From Phaeosaccion multiseriatum (Eukaryota > Protista > Ochrophyta, other classes), in contig OZ218950.1 in assembly GCA_965112735.1 (NCBI GenBank), positions 62,001 to 126,000 on the forward strand: a stretch of 64,000 nt of DNA, written 5' to 3'. The notes beneath the pieces were generated by a model that was not told where the DNA came from, ran no database searches, and saw only the letters and a list, made by a program, of their open reading frames with translations. How positions within the stretch are numbered: the first letter of the stretch is position 1; the number at the start of each line of letters is the position of its first letter. The position numbers and the translations under genes are program-made. Positions 1 to 14,500 of the stretch are shown here, one piece after another.

Positions 1-19
1 GAGGGGGCCGCTAACTCAC

Positions 20-3000
20 AGATGGCACCAGGTGAGTAAGGGCCGCTGCTGCTTGGGCTCTCTCTCGAGCTCCTCCTCTTGCTCTTACTGGACGACGATG
101 AAGACGATTTTTCTCGCTGTCTTCCTGCTGCTGCTGCTGCTGTTGCTGCTGCTGTTGCTGTATCACCAACTGCTTGCGTTTTGCTGTCCTCTGTGCCCCC
201 CATCCAGGCCTGCGCCATGGCGGGCGTGACCTTGTCTGCGAGCTTGCCCCTCGCCACCTCTCTTCGCAAGTACTCCCTCACCCTCAGCGGCTCCGGGGCA
301 CCTTCAGGAGCATTGCCTCCATCGCCAGCTGTGACTCCGTCGCCGTGGGTGGCTGCAGGCCCGTACAGTAGCTTCAGGCTCGCCTCTGCCGCCTTGGGGG
401 GGGGGGGCTTGCCTGAGTGAGTTTGCGGGTGGGTGGGTGAGTGAGTGGGTGGGTGGGTGGGTGGGTGGGTTAGTGGGTGAGTGAGTGGGTGGGCGGGCGA
501 GTGAGTTTGCGGGTGGGTGGGTGGGTGGGTGGTGAGCGCCTAAGTGAGTGAGTGAGTGACTGACTGACTAACTAAGTGAGTGAGTGCCCATGTGAATGAG
601 TGCCCCCAAGTGTGTAAATTCAAACACGACTGAGTGGTTGGTTGGTTTGTTGTTAGTCTGTGAGAACGCCTTGCCTGCTTGAGCTTCCGCCTGAGAGAGT
701 TCGTGCGCAAAGGGCAAGGGGCGCATCAGATACGCCGCCATGCTCTTGGGGTCCGCCAGGGGCTGAAGCTCCAACTGCTGTACTTTACGGCGGAAGAGCG
801 AGTCCATGATGGAGGCATCTGCCCTTGCTTGGGTTTGGGCTGAGGTCGGACGCTGCTTGGAGCCGCCCAGGGGTGTCTCCAGCGCCTGAGGGAGTGTGAG
901 GGAGTGTGAGGGAGTGGTGTTTGGGAGGGGGGGGCAGAACGAACGGAGGCACAAGGCCGGACGAAGAGGAAAGGAAGGGATCAATTAGACTAGCACAGTC
1001 AAGCATGGCGGGAGGAGCCCGACACCAGGCACTGACTGACTGACTGACTGACTGACACCAGGCACTGGCTGACTGACACCAGGCACTGACTGACACCAGG
1101 CACTGACTGACACCAAGCACTGAACTGCCCTCGGTGGCTGCCTCTCCAGGTGGAGATACAGCGTCCTCGCTCCTCCATCCACTGCCATCCCCCCTGACTT
1201 ACTCGGAGGAGGAAGTTGGCGCTCTTGAGGGCCTTCCTGAGTATGCCCACGGCCTTGACGAAGTTGCCCTTGTAGAGGAGCATGACGGCTCGGCAGAAAC
1301 ACGCCTCCATGTCGACAAGCAAGGCTTGTACCTAAAGCAAGCCATAGTTTCAGTTTCAGTATAGTAGAGAGAGAACGTTGTGAGAGAGAGACGGAGAGAG
1401 GGGGGAGGGAGAGAGTCCTACCCAACACGACATCAAGAGTTCCATATCGGAAATCGATATCGAGATTATGCACCTGCAGGGAGGGGGGCCTGGTGTCAGG
1501 ACTGGAGCGGCGGACATGCAGAGCGAGGTTGGAGCAAATCTCAGCTTGCACTTTGGCCCTGTGAGAGGAGAGGAGAGGAGAGGAGAGGGGTGCAGTTCCA
1601 GTCAGCGAGTCAGTCAGTCAGTCAGTCAGTCAGTCAGTCGGCATGCTACACACACACCACAGCACAGCGCACCCCGCCCCCCTCTCCAGTGCCCTCTCCG
1701 GTGCCCCACTACACTGCCTGACTGACTGACTGACTGACTGACTGACTGACTGCCTGACTGAGTGACTGACTGACTGCCTGACTGAGTGACTGACTGACTG
1801 CCTGACTGACTGACTGACTGACTGACTGCCTGACTGAGTGACTGCCTGACTGACTGACTGCCTGACTGACTGCCTGACTGACTGCCTGACAGACTGCCTG
1901 ACAGACTGACGGACCTGTCCACCGAGGGTGGCAAGACGGCCTTGAGCGCCTTGTCCACTCTCTTGAACGCCCCGATGGCCGCATCCACCGCCGCCGCACT
2001 GCCCGACACGAGGGCCCCGAGGAACAGGCCCTCCGCATACACCTGCGCGCCCCAGATGGCCATGGGGTCCGTCGGGGAGGAGGACAATTCCCCCTGGGCT
2101 GACTGCTGGGGCGCCGGGGGGGAGGCCCTGCCGTCCTCCGACGGTGGCGGCAGCCCACCTTCTCCTGCTGCTGCTCCTGCTGCTCCTGCTGCTCCTGCTG
2201 CTCCTGCTGCTGCGTCTCTGCCGCTGCTGGCATTGGCGGCGTTTGCGTACTCCCCGTCGGTTCTCTTCCTGCGGAAGCTCCCGTCATGCCTCCTCGTCTC
2301 TCCCGTCCGCGCTCCTATACCACCAACTGCCGTACCACCAGCTGTTGTCGCACCGACCGCTGTACCACCAACTACTGTACCTCCCCCACCAGCTGCCGTA
2401 CCACCAACCGCTGTACCACCAACCGGCGTAATGCCACCGCTCCGGCGCATCTTCCCCTCCCGGAGCGTCTTCTCAAGTCCCACGATGCTCGGCCTGAGCT
2501 CCTTCGCAGCGGCTCTGTGCAGGGACTGCCAAGAAGCAACATGGGCACGCATGAGGCGGCGCTGGCCGGGCTCCGGCAACGTCATGTATGAGTTCTCGAG
2601 GTAGGTGACTGGGGCTGGGGTCATCACTGGGGTGTCAGTGTATGTGGACGGTTGTGTCACTGCGACCTCCTCCTCTGCCTCTTCTGCCTGCTCCTGCTCC
2701 TCCTCCTCCTCCGCCTCGTCCTCCTCCTCCTCCTCCTCCTCCTGGGCCGCCGCCGCCGCCGCCGCTACCACCTTCCGGTCCTGCTCTTGCTGCTGCTGAG
2801 CCTCCAGCCGCGCTCGGTCCTGCCTGCTCTTCTCTTTCTCCTCCTCCTCTTGGTCCCGGTCCTTCCCACTCTTCTCTTTCTCCTTCTCCTCTTCGTCCCA
2901 GCGACCGCGCTGCTGAGCCTCAGCCTGCCCCCCCTCCGTCTCCTCCGTCGGGTGTAGGTGGCGCCCCTCTTCCTCCTGCCCCTCCTCTGTGGGGTGCAGC

Positions 3001-4077
3001 GCTAGTGCCAAGGGCACCGCCATCTCCCCACTCGCCACACTAAGGTACTGTTCCACCCCCCCCCTGTGTTTGAGGGCAAGCTCCTCCAGCCTCTCGTCAT
3101 ACGCGTTGGCTGCCGTCCTCATCCCGGGGTCGCCGGGGTCGCTATTCGCTGCCATCCCTGGCCCACCGCCAGCCGCACCGCCAGCTGCCATTCCCGTCCC
3201 TGGGCCGCAATCAGCCGCCGGTCTGTCCTTCTCGGTGGCAATCGCCAGGCCAAGACCGGGGCCCTTGGTCTCTCTCTCTCTTGCCTCTCTTGGTGCCTCC
3301 TCCTCCGTTGGGGCAGAGGCAGGGGGGAGGTTGGCCTTGTGTTGGTGTTGGGCCAATTCATCCGACAGCGTTGTTGGCGCTTGTATTGCCTGTATTGCAC
3401 CTCTTGCCCCCTCGGCAGTTGCTCCAGCGACACCGGCACCGGCACTGGCACTGTCGCTCCCCCGGAGAAAGTCTTTGAGAGATACGCGCTCGTCACCCCC
3501 TTCGCTCTCCTCCTCCTCCTCCTCCTCCTCCTCCTTCGCTAGCTCATGCCCCGGCTCCTGCAGTACCACCAACTGCTTTCCCTGCTTCTGCCCCGGCTCT
3601 TGCATGTCCGGGCGAGGCATGGGGGCGGGCATAGCCCCCTTCTGCCGCAAGCCCCTCCAGTTCCTACGCGACTTGGGGGGGGTGGTGGCGGGGACGACAA
3701 GAGCTGGTGGAGGTACACCGGTTGGTGGTACAGGCGCAGACGCTCTGCCGGCCTCCGCCCTGTTCTCCTTCTTCTCGCTGCTGCTCACCTCCTCCTCCGC
3801 CTCCATCACATTCTCCGTCAGGAAGTCCTTCCACGACATCCCCCCTCCTCCTTCCTCCGCCCCCGTATCACCAACTGCAGCAGTGGGACTGCCGTAATCG
3901 AAGTCCACCCCATCGAGCTCCGGGTCGTCCTCCTCGGTGCCGAAGAAAAGGCCCTCAACGACGTTGGGACCATCTCCTCCTCCTTCCTTGTTCTTCTCTG
4001 CGGACTTGGCTTCCCCGTTGCCATCTCCAAGGGGGGCTAAGGCTAAGTTGGAGGCTCCTCCAACGCCGGGCACCACC

Positions 4078-4117
<40 letters not shown>

Positions 4118-5540
4118 GAGGAGGAGGAGGAGGAGGAGCAGAGGCGGGGGCTTTGTCTGTAGCTGTTGCTGATGATGGAACAGCGCCAAGGCCGCCGCTG
4201 GAGAGCCTGAGCTGGGTCATATCCGCGACAAGCTCTAGGGAGGGGCTACTGCCTCCACTACCCTCCCTCTCCCCATTCCCGTTCAAACCTCCCGCTCTCA
4301 GTGGCAGAGCGGCCACAGCAGAAGCACCACTTGGCAGTGCAGCGAAGGTGTCGTCATCGTCATCGTCATAGAAGCGGCTCTGTCCATCTCCCTCCTCCCC
4401 ATCTGCAGTGTGCATAGTGTGGTCGTCTCCATCGCTGCTGTCCTCGTCCGCCAAACTGAAAGTACTGTCTTGCCGACTGTCCTTTCGGAAAGGTCCCGCC
4501 CCGTAGCCGCCAGTCCCGACCGTTGCCTGTACTTCGTCCTCCTCCTTCAAGAAATCCTTCCAGCTCACTGAGCCCGAGGGCCCGGCTGCCTCGTCATCCT
4601 CGTCCTCCTCGGCGCCCGCATCGGAGGGGGAGGCAGGCTCGAAGATCCCCCTCCCGATGACCATGCCCCCTCTGCCCCCCTTGTTGGCTTCGATGGACTC
4701 CCTGGCCCCCGGCACTGGCACCTTTCGCAAGCTCCGCACGCTCACGCTTCCTGACGTGCTCCGCGGCGCGTTAGGCGGGCTCTCGCCTTCCCTCCCCTGC
4801 CTCCCCTCCCTCCCCTCCTCGCCACTCGCCGCCCTCCTCGGCACCATACCCGACACGCTCTTGCGCAGCACCGAAGTGAAGCTGCTGCCCCTCCTACTCT
4901 TCTCCTCCAATGTGCCCTCTGCGCCGTAACTGTTCAAGCTATTCGTGCTCGAGTCCATCCTGCCCCTTCTGCTCCTTACGCTGCCATCCCTCTGGGCTTC
5001 CAACTCGACCACCCCTAAAGGCCGCCCTTCGGTCCCTCTTTGCCGCCTCTTGCCTTGTCGGCCTCCACTGGAAGTGACGCTGCCGCTGCCGCTTCCACTC
5101 ATACTATCATTCATGCTCCCCTTGTTGCTCCCTTTGGGGCTCCCGAAGCCTCCGAAGGGTCCCTTCTTGTTCTTCTTGCCTCCTCCCTGCAACATTACCG
5201 TGACGTCTTCCTCGGCCACGCCTCCCCCTCCAACCACACTGCCAGAGCTCCCCCCCCCGACCGTGCTCCCCCCGGGGGTACTGTGTGTGCTCAGCCCCAT
5301 ATCACTCCCCGCCTTGCTGTGTTTCCTCTTGCGTGCCTTTAGCTTCTTGGCCACAAAGGTGCCCACCTTCCCCATGGGTCCACTGCCGCCGCCCACCCTC
5401 CTCCGCCCCCCGAGGAGCAGGTACGTCTGGTGCTTGAGTAGCTCGTCCTGCTGCCTCACTTGCCACTCCTCGATCCCATTCCCATCCCCTTGGAGGGGAG
5501 GGCACTCACTTCTGCTTGCCATGCTTGTCGGATGCTCCTG

Positions 5541-5574
<34 letters not shown>

Positions 5575-6764
5575 TGCTGGGAGCTCGGAGCGGGAGCGGG
5601 CGGGGGGGGCTTGGCTGCCGCTGCTGTATCACCAACTGGTGATGGTGGTGCTGCTGCTGCTGTTGGCGATGGGGCAGGCGGCGCCTCAGCTTGTGCACTC
5701 CCACCCTCACTTGGAGCTCCTCCTTCCACCAACGCGTTGGCGGCCCCCGCAGGAGGGAAGCCCTCCTCCTCAATGACCGTCATCGAGTAGGAGCCTTTGC
5801 TGCCGCTCCGGACGATCCGCTCCTCAGACGCCCCCCTGGAAATGATGTTCCCCTCCTGTCCCTGCTGCTCGTTGTCATGTGCAAAGTCATATACTGGAGA
5901 GTGCGCTTCCTGCCTTACATGCGACATGATCCCCCTCGGCGTGGTCCCGCTGCCCCCCTTTGAGCTCTCCCTACTCCTCGGCGCGCTGTCATCGTCTCCC
6001 TCATCGTCACTAAACTTGCTGAACTTCCCAAAGACGCTCTCATCTCCCTCGTCGTCGCTAAACTTGCCGAGCACGCCCTCCATCTCCGCCAGCTGGAGCT
6101 CATCCGCCGCCCCCCCATCTTCCTCTGCCGGTGCTCCCTCTGCGGCTCCTGCTGCTGCTCCTGTTGGGGGGGGGCGGTTGACGTCCAGCCGCGAGAAATC
6201 GAGTACGGACATCGGGGGCGAAGGGGGTGGAGCATCGTCGCTGTAGGTGGCGGCCACCGCATTGTCTTTGTACCAATAAGCCTGCCCTGAGTTGGAGGCG
6301 GGGGACGAGAGCTGCGCTGCCTTCGATGCCTTCTCTGCCGCCTCTGCCGCCGCTGCCCGCTCTGCTGCGGCTTCGGCTTCCCTTCTCGCTAGGAAGTCGA
6401 TGATAAACATTGCACACCTGCGCGAGGGCACTACATGGGGCAAGCAGGGAGGGAGGAGAGAGGAGAGAGAGAGAGAGAAGATGGGGGGGAGGATGGGGGG
6501 AGTGAAGGAAGGCCGACCCCAGCATGTAGAGCAACAAAGAGGTGAAGGGTGAGTTGACTGAGGTCACGCAACCCCACCTCCCTCGTATCTTGAGGCAGGG
6601 ATTGAGGCAGCCAGAATTCAGCGCTGCACACGAGGGTGACGTTGAGAAGGAGAGAGGCAGGAAGGAGTGAGTAGCCACTTACCAGCCCCCTTCTTCCTGC
6701 AGCCCTGCCTTCTCCCTCGGCTCAGGTGGCCATGAGAGGCGTCAGGTCGCCTTGCTTTGCCCTG
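20..6764 (-). CDS. Large multi-exon hypothetical protein, mostly low-complexity/acidic; runs off the left edge
   Basis: Giant exon ~6417-1915 (part of the 1605-aa ORF). In-frame small exons at ~6764-6682, ~6623-6578, ~1476-1421, ~1331-1203, ~887-675 and 412-20 have GT/GC-AG borders. No recognisable domain; start uncertain. Confidence 0.6.
415..600. repeat. Intronic (GGGT)n/(GAGT)n microsatellite
   Basis: Directly visible tetranucleotide tracts. Confidence 0.9.
1712..1912. repeat. Intronic (CTGA)n/(CTGC) microsatellite
   Basis: Directly visible tract; explains the spurious SQSV tail of the 1605-aa ORF. Confidence 0.9.
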
Positions 6765-7183
6765 TAGGGGACACGACACAAGTTCATATCTACGAAGGAG
6801 GCCCCAAAAGCCCAAAATAAGGTCGATGGCAATGGATGTCACATTTAGAGGCATATATCCACCATCACCATCCAAACTGTCTGTCTCTTCTTTCAAATAA
6901 AAGGCCGCATAGAAGGCCTCGTTCACGCTCAGAGTGTGCAGGAGAGGCAGCCACACACAGAGGTAGGCTGTGGTGCTTGCTATTCAGACGCATTCGTTGA
7001 GCGCGTACTTAGAGAGAGAGAGAACGATTTCTTCGAGGAGCGAGGAGTGAGAGAGAGAGAAAAGGGTTGACACTTATGAAGGCAGCGAGTACAAGCAGGC
7101 GGGGCCACGCGGCTGTGTCGCCCGTGGCCACGCAGATAAACCGGGACCCGCACCAACGTCGAGCCGCGACGTCCAGGAGCACA

Positions 7184-10100
7184 ATGATGTCGAATTTTGC
7201 CCACACCAAGCCGCAGCCCCCAAGTAACAGTAACAGCAGCAAAGCGCCGACTCCGCTTCCCACGGCCTCTGTGGATGGTATTATGGACCCCACGCTGGAG
7301 CGTAACTTCCGTGGGCACCGAGCGGCGGTGTCCAGCGTGAGCTTCAGCCCTGACAACAGACAGCTTGTGAGCGGCGGGCTGGATTGCGACCTCATGCTCT
7401 GGAACCTGAAGTGAGTAGAGCGAAGAGGAGGAAGAGGAGCTGGGGAAGTGAGGTAGTCGAGGACTGCTGTGCTTGTCTGTCCAGTCGGGGACTTTCTTGT
7501 GCCCAGAGAGAATCAACCAAGCCCAACCTCTTCTGCTTCTCCGTGCTCTCCCTCTGTCAGGCTCTGTCTCCCCCTCCCTCTCTCTCTCACGCACACCCCC
7601 TTCCCTGTCCGCTTCTGCACCCTCCCCCCTCATTGACCCTCGTCCCTCCTCAGGCCCACCCTGCGTGCCTTCCGCCTCGTAGGACACAAGGGGCCCATCC
7701 ACCACTGCGAGTTCAGCGCCACGGGAAGCCTCGTGGCCTCTGCCTCCAAGGACCGCACGGTGCGGCTGTGGCTGCCCTCCGCCAAGGGGGAGAGCACCGT
7801 CCTCAAGGGCCATCAGGGCAGCGTGCGGCACGTGGCCTTCTCGAGCAATTCAAGACACCTCCTCACCGCCTCCGAGGACAAGACCGTCAAGGTTAGTAGG
7901 GCACGGGCATATGGGCATGGGCATATGGGCATGGGCAAAGGCAGGGCGGAGGTATGACTCCAAAGCAACCCCGTCCATGGCAGTGCTGCTCTCCCCTCCC
8001 CCAGCGAATCGCCGGTGCCAAGTGTAACTGCAAGTGTAACTGTGCTTCAAATCAAATCGAATCGCTCACCCTCTGTCCGTGTTTCTCTTATCTGTCCCTC
8101 GGTCTCCCTCCGTCCTTCTCCGTCCTTTCTCCATCCCTTGAGCACAGATCTGGGACCTCCCCTCGAAGGCCTTCCGCCACACCCTCACAGGCCACACTAA
8201 TTGGGTCAGGAGCGCCAACTTCAGCCCCGACTGCCGCATGGCCATCTCAGGAGGAGACGATCGTCTCGTCAAGCTCTGGGATCTCACGCGGCCGCAGTGC
8301 CTGCACACCTTCCCTGACCACGACGACAACGTCAACATGGCGCGCTTCACGCCGGACGGAACATGCATCGCAAGCTGCAGCAACGATAGATCCATCAAGG
8401 TAACGGTAACGAGGGAGGGAGGGAGGGATGGAGGGAGGGAGGGATGGAGGGAGGGAGGGATGGGGGGATGGAGGGATGGAGGGATGGAGGGAGGGAGGGA
8501 TGGAGGGAGGGAGGGATGGAGGGATGGAGGGAGGGAGGGATGGAGGGATGGAGGGATGGGACTCTTTGACTTTGAGGGGGAACTTGTGGGGGGCTCGGGG
8601 CTTGGTCCTTGCCAAAGTTGGGGTATGACAGGCACCCCAACACTCAGCACTTGACGCTTGTTGCGCTGAGGCGAGTCCATTCCATTTGATTTTGATGGCC
8701 GGCCGTCACCTCACTCAATCCAAACTGAACTAAAGGGCAACTCGAAAACTAAACTGCCACACCCTCTACACTGCCATCTGCGCGATGATTATGTAATGAT
8801 TATGTAATGATTATGTAATGATTAGGTGTGGGACGCTCGCTCCACGCAGCTGCTTCAGCACTACACAGCACACGATGGGGCCGTGACGGACATCTCCTTC
8901 CACGAGAGCGGAAACTTCCTCCTGTCCTCCTCGTCTGACGGCACCATGAAGGTACGCGGGTTGGTGGAAGGGGGATGGAGGGAGAGGGGGCACACACGAC
9001 TCGGATGGCAATCTAAGGTTGCGCTTGCCTTGCCGTGCTCTGTCTGCTTGCGCTTGGGCCCCGCCCGTGCCGTTGGAATCAAATCAAGTGCTCTCTCTAG
9101 GCAAGGCAAAGGGCCGCTCACTGACTTGAGCAACGTACCCATCCGCTGCCATCCTCCCCCCCCTCCCCCCCCCCTTGCCAGATCTGGGACCTCCGAGAGG
9201 GGCGATTGCTGTACACTTTGCGAGGACATGTTGGCAAGGTCAACACCTGCGCCTTCAGCAGCGACGGCACTCTGCTGGCGACGGGCGGGGATGACCACAT
9301 GGTCATGAGCTGGAACTCAAATTTGCACACGTACGACGCCCCCTTGGTGCTCGGCCGAGAGAGCGCCAAGCCACAACGGGTATGTTTACGTCTCTCCTCT
9401 CTCTCTCACCCTTTGCTCTCTCACCCCTCCCTCTCACGTCTATCTCTCACCCCTCTCTCTCTCTCTCACACACACACCCCTCTCTCTTCTCACCCCTCTT
9501 TCTGGCTCTCTTTCTCACCCACCCCCCCCTTTCTCTCACACACACACCCCTCTTTCTGGCTCTTTCTCACACCCCCCCCCCTCTCTCTCACACACACACC
9601 CCTCTCTCAACCCCCCCTGTTTTCCTCATCATCTCCAAATCCTCTCCTGGCATGGATGTCCGCGGTTCGGGGCCTCCCCCCTCCCCCCTACCCACCCTAC
9701 CCCCCCTACCCACCCTCCCCTCCCTACCCACCCTACCCACCCACCCCTCCCCCCCTCAGTCTACCCCGGCGGCGCCCTCAGCCGCCCACACAAGGAGCAC
9801 GCGGCCGCCCGCCTGGGAGGCGTCGCTTGGACCTGGGCCGTCCGCCAAGAGCTTCGTCAGCAACGCCGGCAACGTAGAAATGTCGAGCCCGCGTCGGCCT
9901 GGGGAGGTGGTGACCGCCGCCAAGCCAAAGGCGCCCTCCTCACGCCACACAGGGGAGGAGAGGGGTGGGGTGGCTCCTCCCCAACCCCCTGCAGGGGCGG
10001 CGGGGGGGGGATCGGGGGGCCCTGGCCCTCTGTCCAGCCACCCACAGCCAGCAGCGCCCCCCGGGGAGGGCTGCGAGGGCGGACCGGAGGAGGTGGAGGT

Positions 10101-10334
10101 GGCTCTAGATGGCAGTGGACGGGACCTTCCCCTCGAGCGCAGGAGGCTGCCCGAAGCCCTGGCAGGCACTCTGGACCACATTGTGGGGCAGCTGGACATG
10201 CTCACGCACACACTCGCCATCCTAGAGCAGAGACTCACCATTACGGTACGGGGGGGGGGGCGTGCGTGCGTGCGTGTGTGAGGGTGTGGGGGTGCGTGTT
10301 TGAATCAGTGCTCTCGCAGGCCTTATCCTTTTCT

Positions 10335-10369
<35 letters not shown>

Positions 10370-10532
10370 CCTTCCTCGCTTGCTTTGATTGGCTTATTGG
10401 CTTGTCTCTCTGACCCTCCATCCTGCCTTGCCTATATGCCTCTGCGTGGCTGTGCCGTGTTTCGTTGCGCAGGAGGACCGAGTGGGGAAGATGGCAGACG
10501 ACGCCATCACAGGCCAATCCTCCGTGCCATAG
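7184..10532 (+). CDS. POC1: POC1 centriolar WD40 protein (about 7 exons)
   Basis: Spliced translation gives [61 protein letters not shown] and further WD40 repeats. It also has the POC1 C-terminal coiled coil [32 protein letters not shown]. Start and last exon approximate. Confidence 0.9.
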
Positions 10533-11548
10533 ACCACCATCCGATGCAGTATGTAGAAGTATTCTGTAACGCCATTATAGGCCAATCCTCCCTGCTATGC
10601 TGCCATATGCTGCCATCGGCAAGGATTAATAAAGGCGGGACGAGGAGAGGGGCGAGGGAGAGCAGCTGCAGTAGCAGCAGCTGGCGATGCAGCAAGTGGT
10701 GATACGGGAGCACTCGAAATACGTGGACCGGCTTGCTCTCACCCTTTCCGTCGTTCGATAGAAGACATACAGTAGGAAAGGCGATAGACCCCTTAGGGTA
10801 TAAGTACTTTTTCAATATCTTATTCTTATTCTGCTATTCTAGCAGGGCGATGAGGAGGAGGAGGAGCGGTCTTCTCTCTCTCTCTCTGTGTGTGTGTGTG
10901 CTGTATCGTCCTCTATCCTCCTGTGTGTGTGTGTGCTGTATCGTCCTCTATCCTCCCGTTCGTTTAGCCGCAGATGCAGCGCAGCCTCCGTACATGAAAT
11001 TAAAAAAAAAATAGATCCACTCATCTTCTCTGGGGGTGAAGAGGGGGGGGCGTATATGTGTGTATACGGGGTAGGACCCTTGTGTGTCCCCTCCCTACTG
11101 TACCTACTTGCCCTCCTCTCGTCCCCACCTACTTACAAGAACAGGCCTTCCTGTAAGAACAGGCCTTACCCATATTCCTCCTCTCTCTCTCCTACCTCCT
11201 CCCTCCTCCTCAGTCTTCTTGTCACAAAACTGCCCCGTACTTCCATCACACCCCAGTCACTGCCTTAATATGCCCCAGTCACTGCCTCTTTATATGCCCC
11301 ACTCACTCTCTGTACATGACACTTTGACACTTTGACGGCACAGCACAGCCGAGCTGAGCCTCCTGAGCCCCCCTGGGACCCCCTGAAATCGCATTCCCAC
11401 ACACGCGCCCACACGCTGTCATAGTGGCAGTCACACACGCGCCCACACACCGACCACTCACGCAGCATGCCACCACGCACACGTCCACACACTCGCTCAC
11501 AAGCGTGGACTTGGGATGGCTTCACCCGTTGGTGATATTATTCCTGCC

Positions 11549-14500
11549 TCACACGTCGTCATACTTGGGCGCTTTCTTGCTGACCATGGCGGCGAAGCTT
11601 GCCGCGGTGTCGCTCGTCTGCAGCTGGGAGGAGCTCCACATGGCCTGGAAGCGGAGGGCGTCATCCAGCGAGTGGTCCCTGGAGTAGTTCATGTTGACTG
11701 CGGGGGGGGGGGGAAGGGAAGAAGGGGGACTTTATTAGTGACTTATGGGAATCAGCCTAAGGGGGGGGGGGGAGGGAGGGATTGAGGAGGCGAGAGCGAA
11801 GTGTCAGGAGTGATATATCCATCTAATGCCATCTGGTGCCATCTGCCTCTATACCTTTGCTCCCCTGCACGGCGATGGGGCTCTTCTGCGCGATCTCGTA
11901 CGCCAGAGACAGAGCCTCCGACACCACCTGGGGGGTTCGGTTCAGAGGTTCAGTTCATTAGGCCTTCACCAATATCGATCCCCTTGGGGGGGGGGGACAG
12001 AATGGGGGGTGCAAATACGCATATACCCAAGCAAGGGCAGCGGAGCAAAGCGAGGGTGGGGAAATGCAATGCATATGCATCACCGCAATGATGTATGAGG
12101 GCTGGTGATGCATGCCGCCCCAGAACCTTGCTCACATCCTCCCTCTCACTAACCTCCTCTCTCTCTCCTCCATCTCTCCCTCCCTCTCTCTCTCCCTCCT
12201 CCCTCTCTCTCTCTCTCCTCTCTCTCTCCCCCCTCTCTCCCTCTCATTCTCTCTCTCCCTCTCTCTCTCTCTCCCTCTCTCTCTCTCACTCACCTCTTCT
12301 CTCTCTCCTCCATCTCTCCCTCTCTCTCTCTCCTTCCTCCCTCTCTCTCTCTCTCCTCTCTCTCTCCCCCCTCTCTCCCTCTCATTCTCTCTCTCTCCCT
12401 CTCTCTCTCTCTCCCTCTCTCTCTCTCACTCACCTCTTCTCTCTCTCCTCCATATCTCCCTCCTCTCTCTCCCTCCTCCCTCTCTCTCTCCTCTCTCTCT
12501 CTCCCTCCCTCTCCCTCTCACTTTCCCCTCCTCCTCTCTCTCTCTCTCCTCTCACTTACCTCCTGTCTCTCCCTCTCATTCTCCCCTCTCCTCCCTCTCT
12601 CTCTCTCTCACTCACCTCCTGTCTGCTCCCCTCGAGGACCTTGCTCACAAGCCCGCTGGACAGAGCCTCCGAGGCCGGCAGATTGCTGGACCCAGGGGGG
12701 GGGGGGGGGGGGCAGACCCAGGCGGGCCGGCCCAGGGGGGGAAGAGCAGTTGGTATTTATGTTTCGAGGCGTGGGTGTGGGTGTAAGTGTGTGGGTGTGG
12801 GTGTGCTTGTAAGTGCGTGTGGGTGTGTGCGTGCACGCGTGTGTGGGGGTTGAGCATCCCTACTTGCAGAGAGAGGGGCAAGAGGCCATTGTTGGCGGCG
12901 AGCGGACCCAAACAAAACCAACGCCACAGCGAAACAACACAGCGGAACGTCACAGAGGCGAACAACCAACTTCCCTATCTGCAGACAGCTGAGCAACCAA
13001 CTTCCCTATCTGCAGACAGCTGGCAGCTTTCTTCCTTATGAAGTCACTTACTGATTCACTCACTCACTCACTCACTCACTCACCCACTCACACATGCACT
13101 CACCGAGCGGTGTAGATGAGCTCTCTGGCGAGGCTGTCGCTGCCAAGGAGGCGGGGCAGGCGCTGCAGAGTGCCGAGGTCGGCGCACAGCCCTAGGGACA
13201 CCTCCGCCACGCTGAAGTACGCATCAGAGGAGCAGTACCTGGTGTCAGCCGAGAGAGAGGGAGGGAGAGGGAGAGAGACACGCACGACAAGAGAAGTGTT
13301 GGCATCATGTACTTGCCAGACTGTTGGCATCATGTACTTGCCAGACTGTTGGCATAATGTACTTGCCAGATACAGACTGATTGATACGCCTGCTTCCATC
13401 TTTCTCGCCTCGCCCTTCCTTCTTTCTCTCTTCTCTCACTGACTTACCGGACGTCGGCACAAGCGATGAGGTCCACCTGCAGCAGAAGGAAGGCAGCCAC
13501 GCAGTTCATGGGGCATGAGGGGGAAGGGACGGAGGCAGCAAGCGGGCAGCAAGCACACCACACAGAGCGACAGAGGCTGTGCTGCGATGTCGGCATCTCA
13601 TATCGACCTCTCGCCTCTCACGAGTGAGTGCCTCCTCTGCGGCGGGGGCCTGTCTCTCCTCGAGTAGACAAACTCCGCCAAGCACGTCTGTCGGTCAGCG
13701 TCACTCACTCACTCACTCACTCACTCACTCACTCACTCACCGCTCCACCCACACAGGCCCCATGCATCGCGGCAATGACGGGCTTGGGGCAGTCGTCCAC
13801 AGCTCGGAAGGCGCTCTGTGCATAGGGGGATTGAAACCGAAACGACACAACACGTACGTACGCGGAAGGTGAAACGTAACGCCCTTCTCACTTCGATATC
13901 AGTACATACACGGCACTTCACTGCCACCTTTCAATCCGTAGCAGGCCTGCTTGGCGTCTCTTCCCTTCCCCTTCGGAGGCCAAGCCAGATACTAAGCTAA
14001 GCCTCTGGCGGCGTACGTGCGTGAAGAGTGTCCCCCCCACCCACCCACCCACCCACCCACCCACCCACCCACCCACCTGGTAAGTGCGGATGAAGCCCTC
14101 ATTGGCCAAGGTTCGTCTGGCGACGTCCGCCTTTGGTCCGAGCTGCTTAAGGTCTCCCTATGCAGGAGAGCAGGAGGGTGAGCATGGAGAGGTCAAAGCG
14201 CAGCGGAGTGGAGGAGGGCGCAGAGCCGAGGAGAGCTGCGGTCCGAGGTAGAGTATCAGGGAAGGCGGGGAAGGGAAGGGAGGCGCTGTCCAAGGAAGTG
14301 CGAGGAAGGCCTACCCGCCACGTAAGCTTACATTTATACCGTCTGCGCCGGCGAATAGGTGCGCGTGGTCCTTCATATCCAGGCCAGAGGAGAAGTGCTT
14401 TCCTACAAGGGAGGACGACGGCAACGAGGAGGGAGCCGGAGGACGACCACCCCGCTCACGTCAGTCGCTTGCTTTCCCTCGCATCTACCTCCTCTTCCTC

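Noticed and set aside
1942-6246. Numerous plus-strand ORFs overlapping the large minus-strand exon
   Set aside because: Antisense shadows of a GC-rich low-complexity coding region
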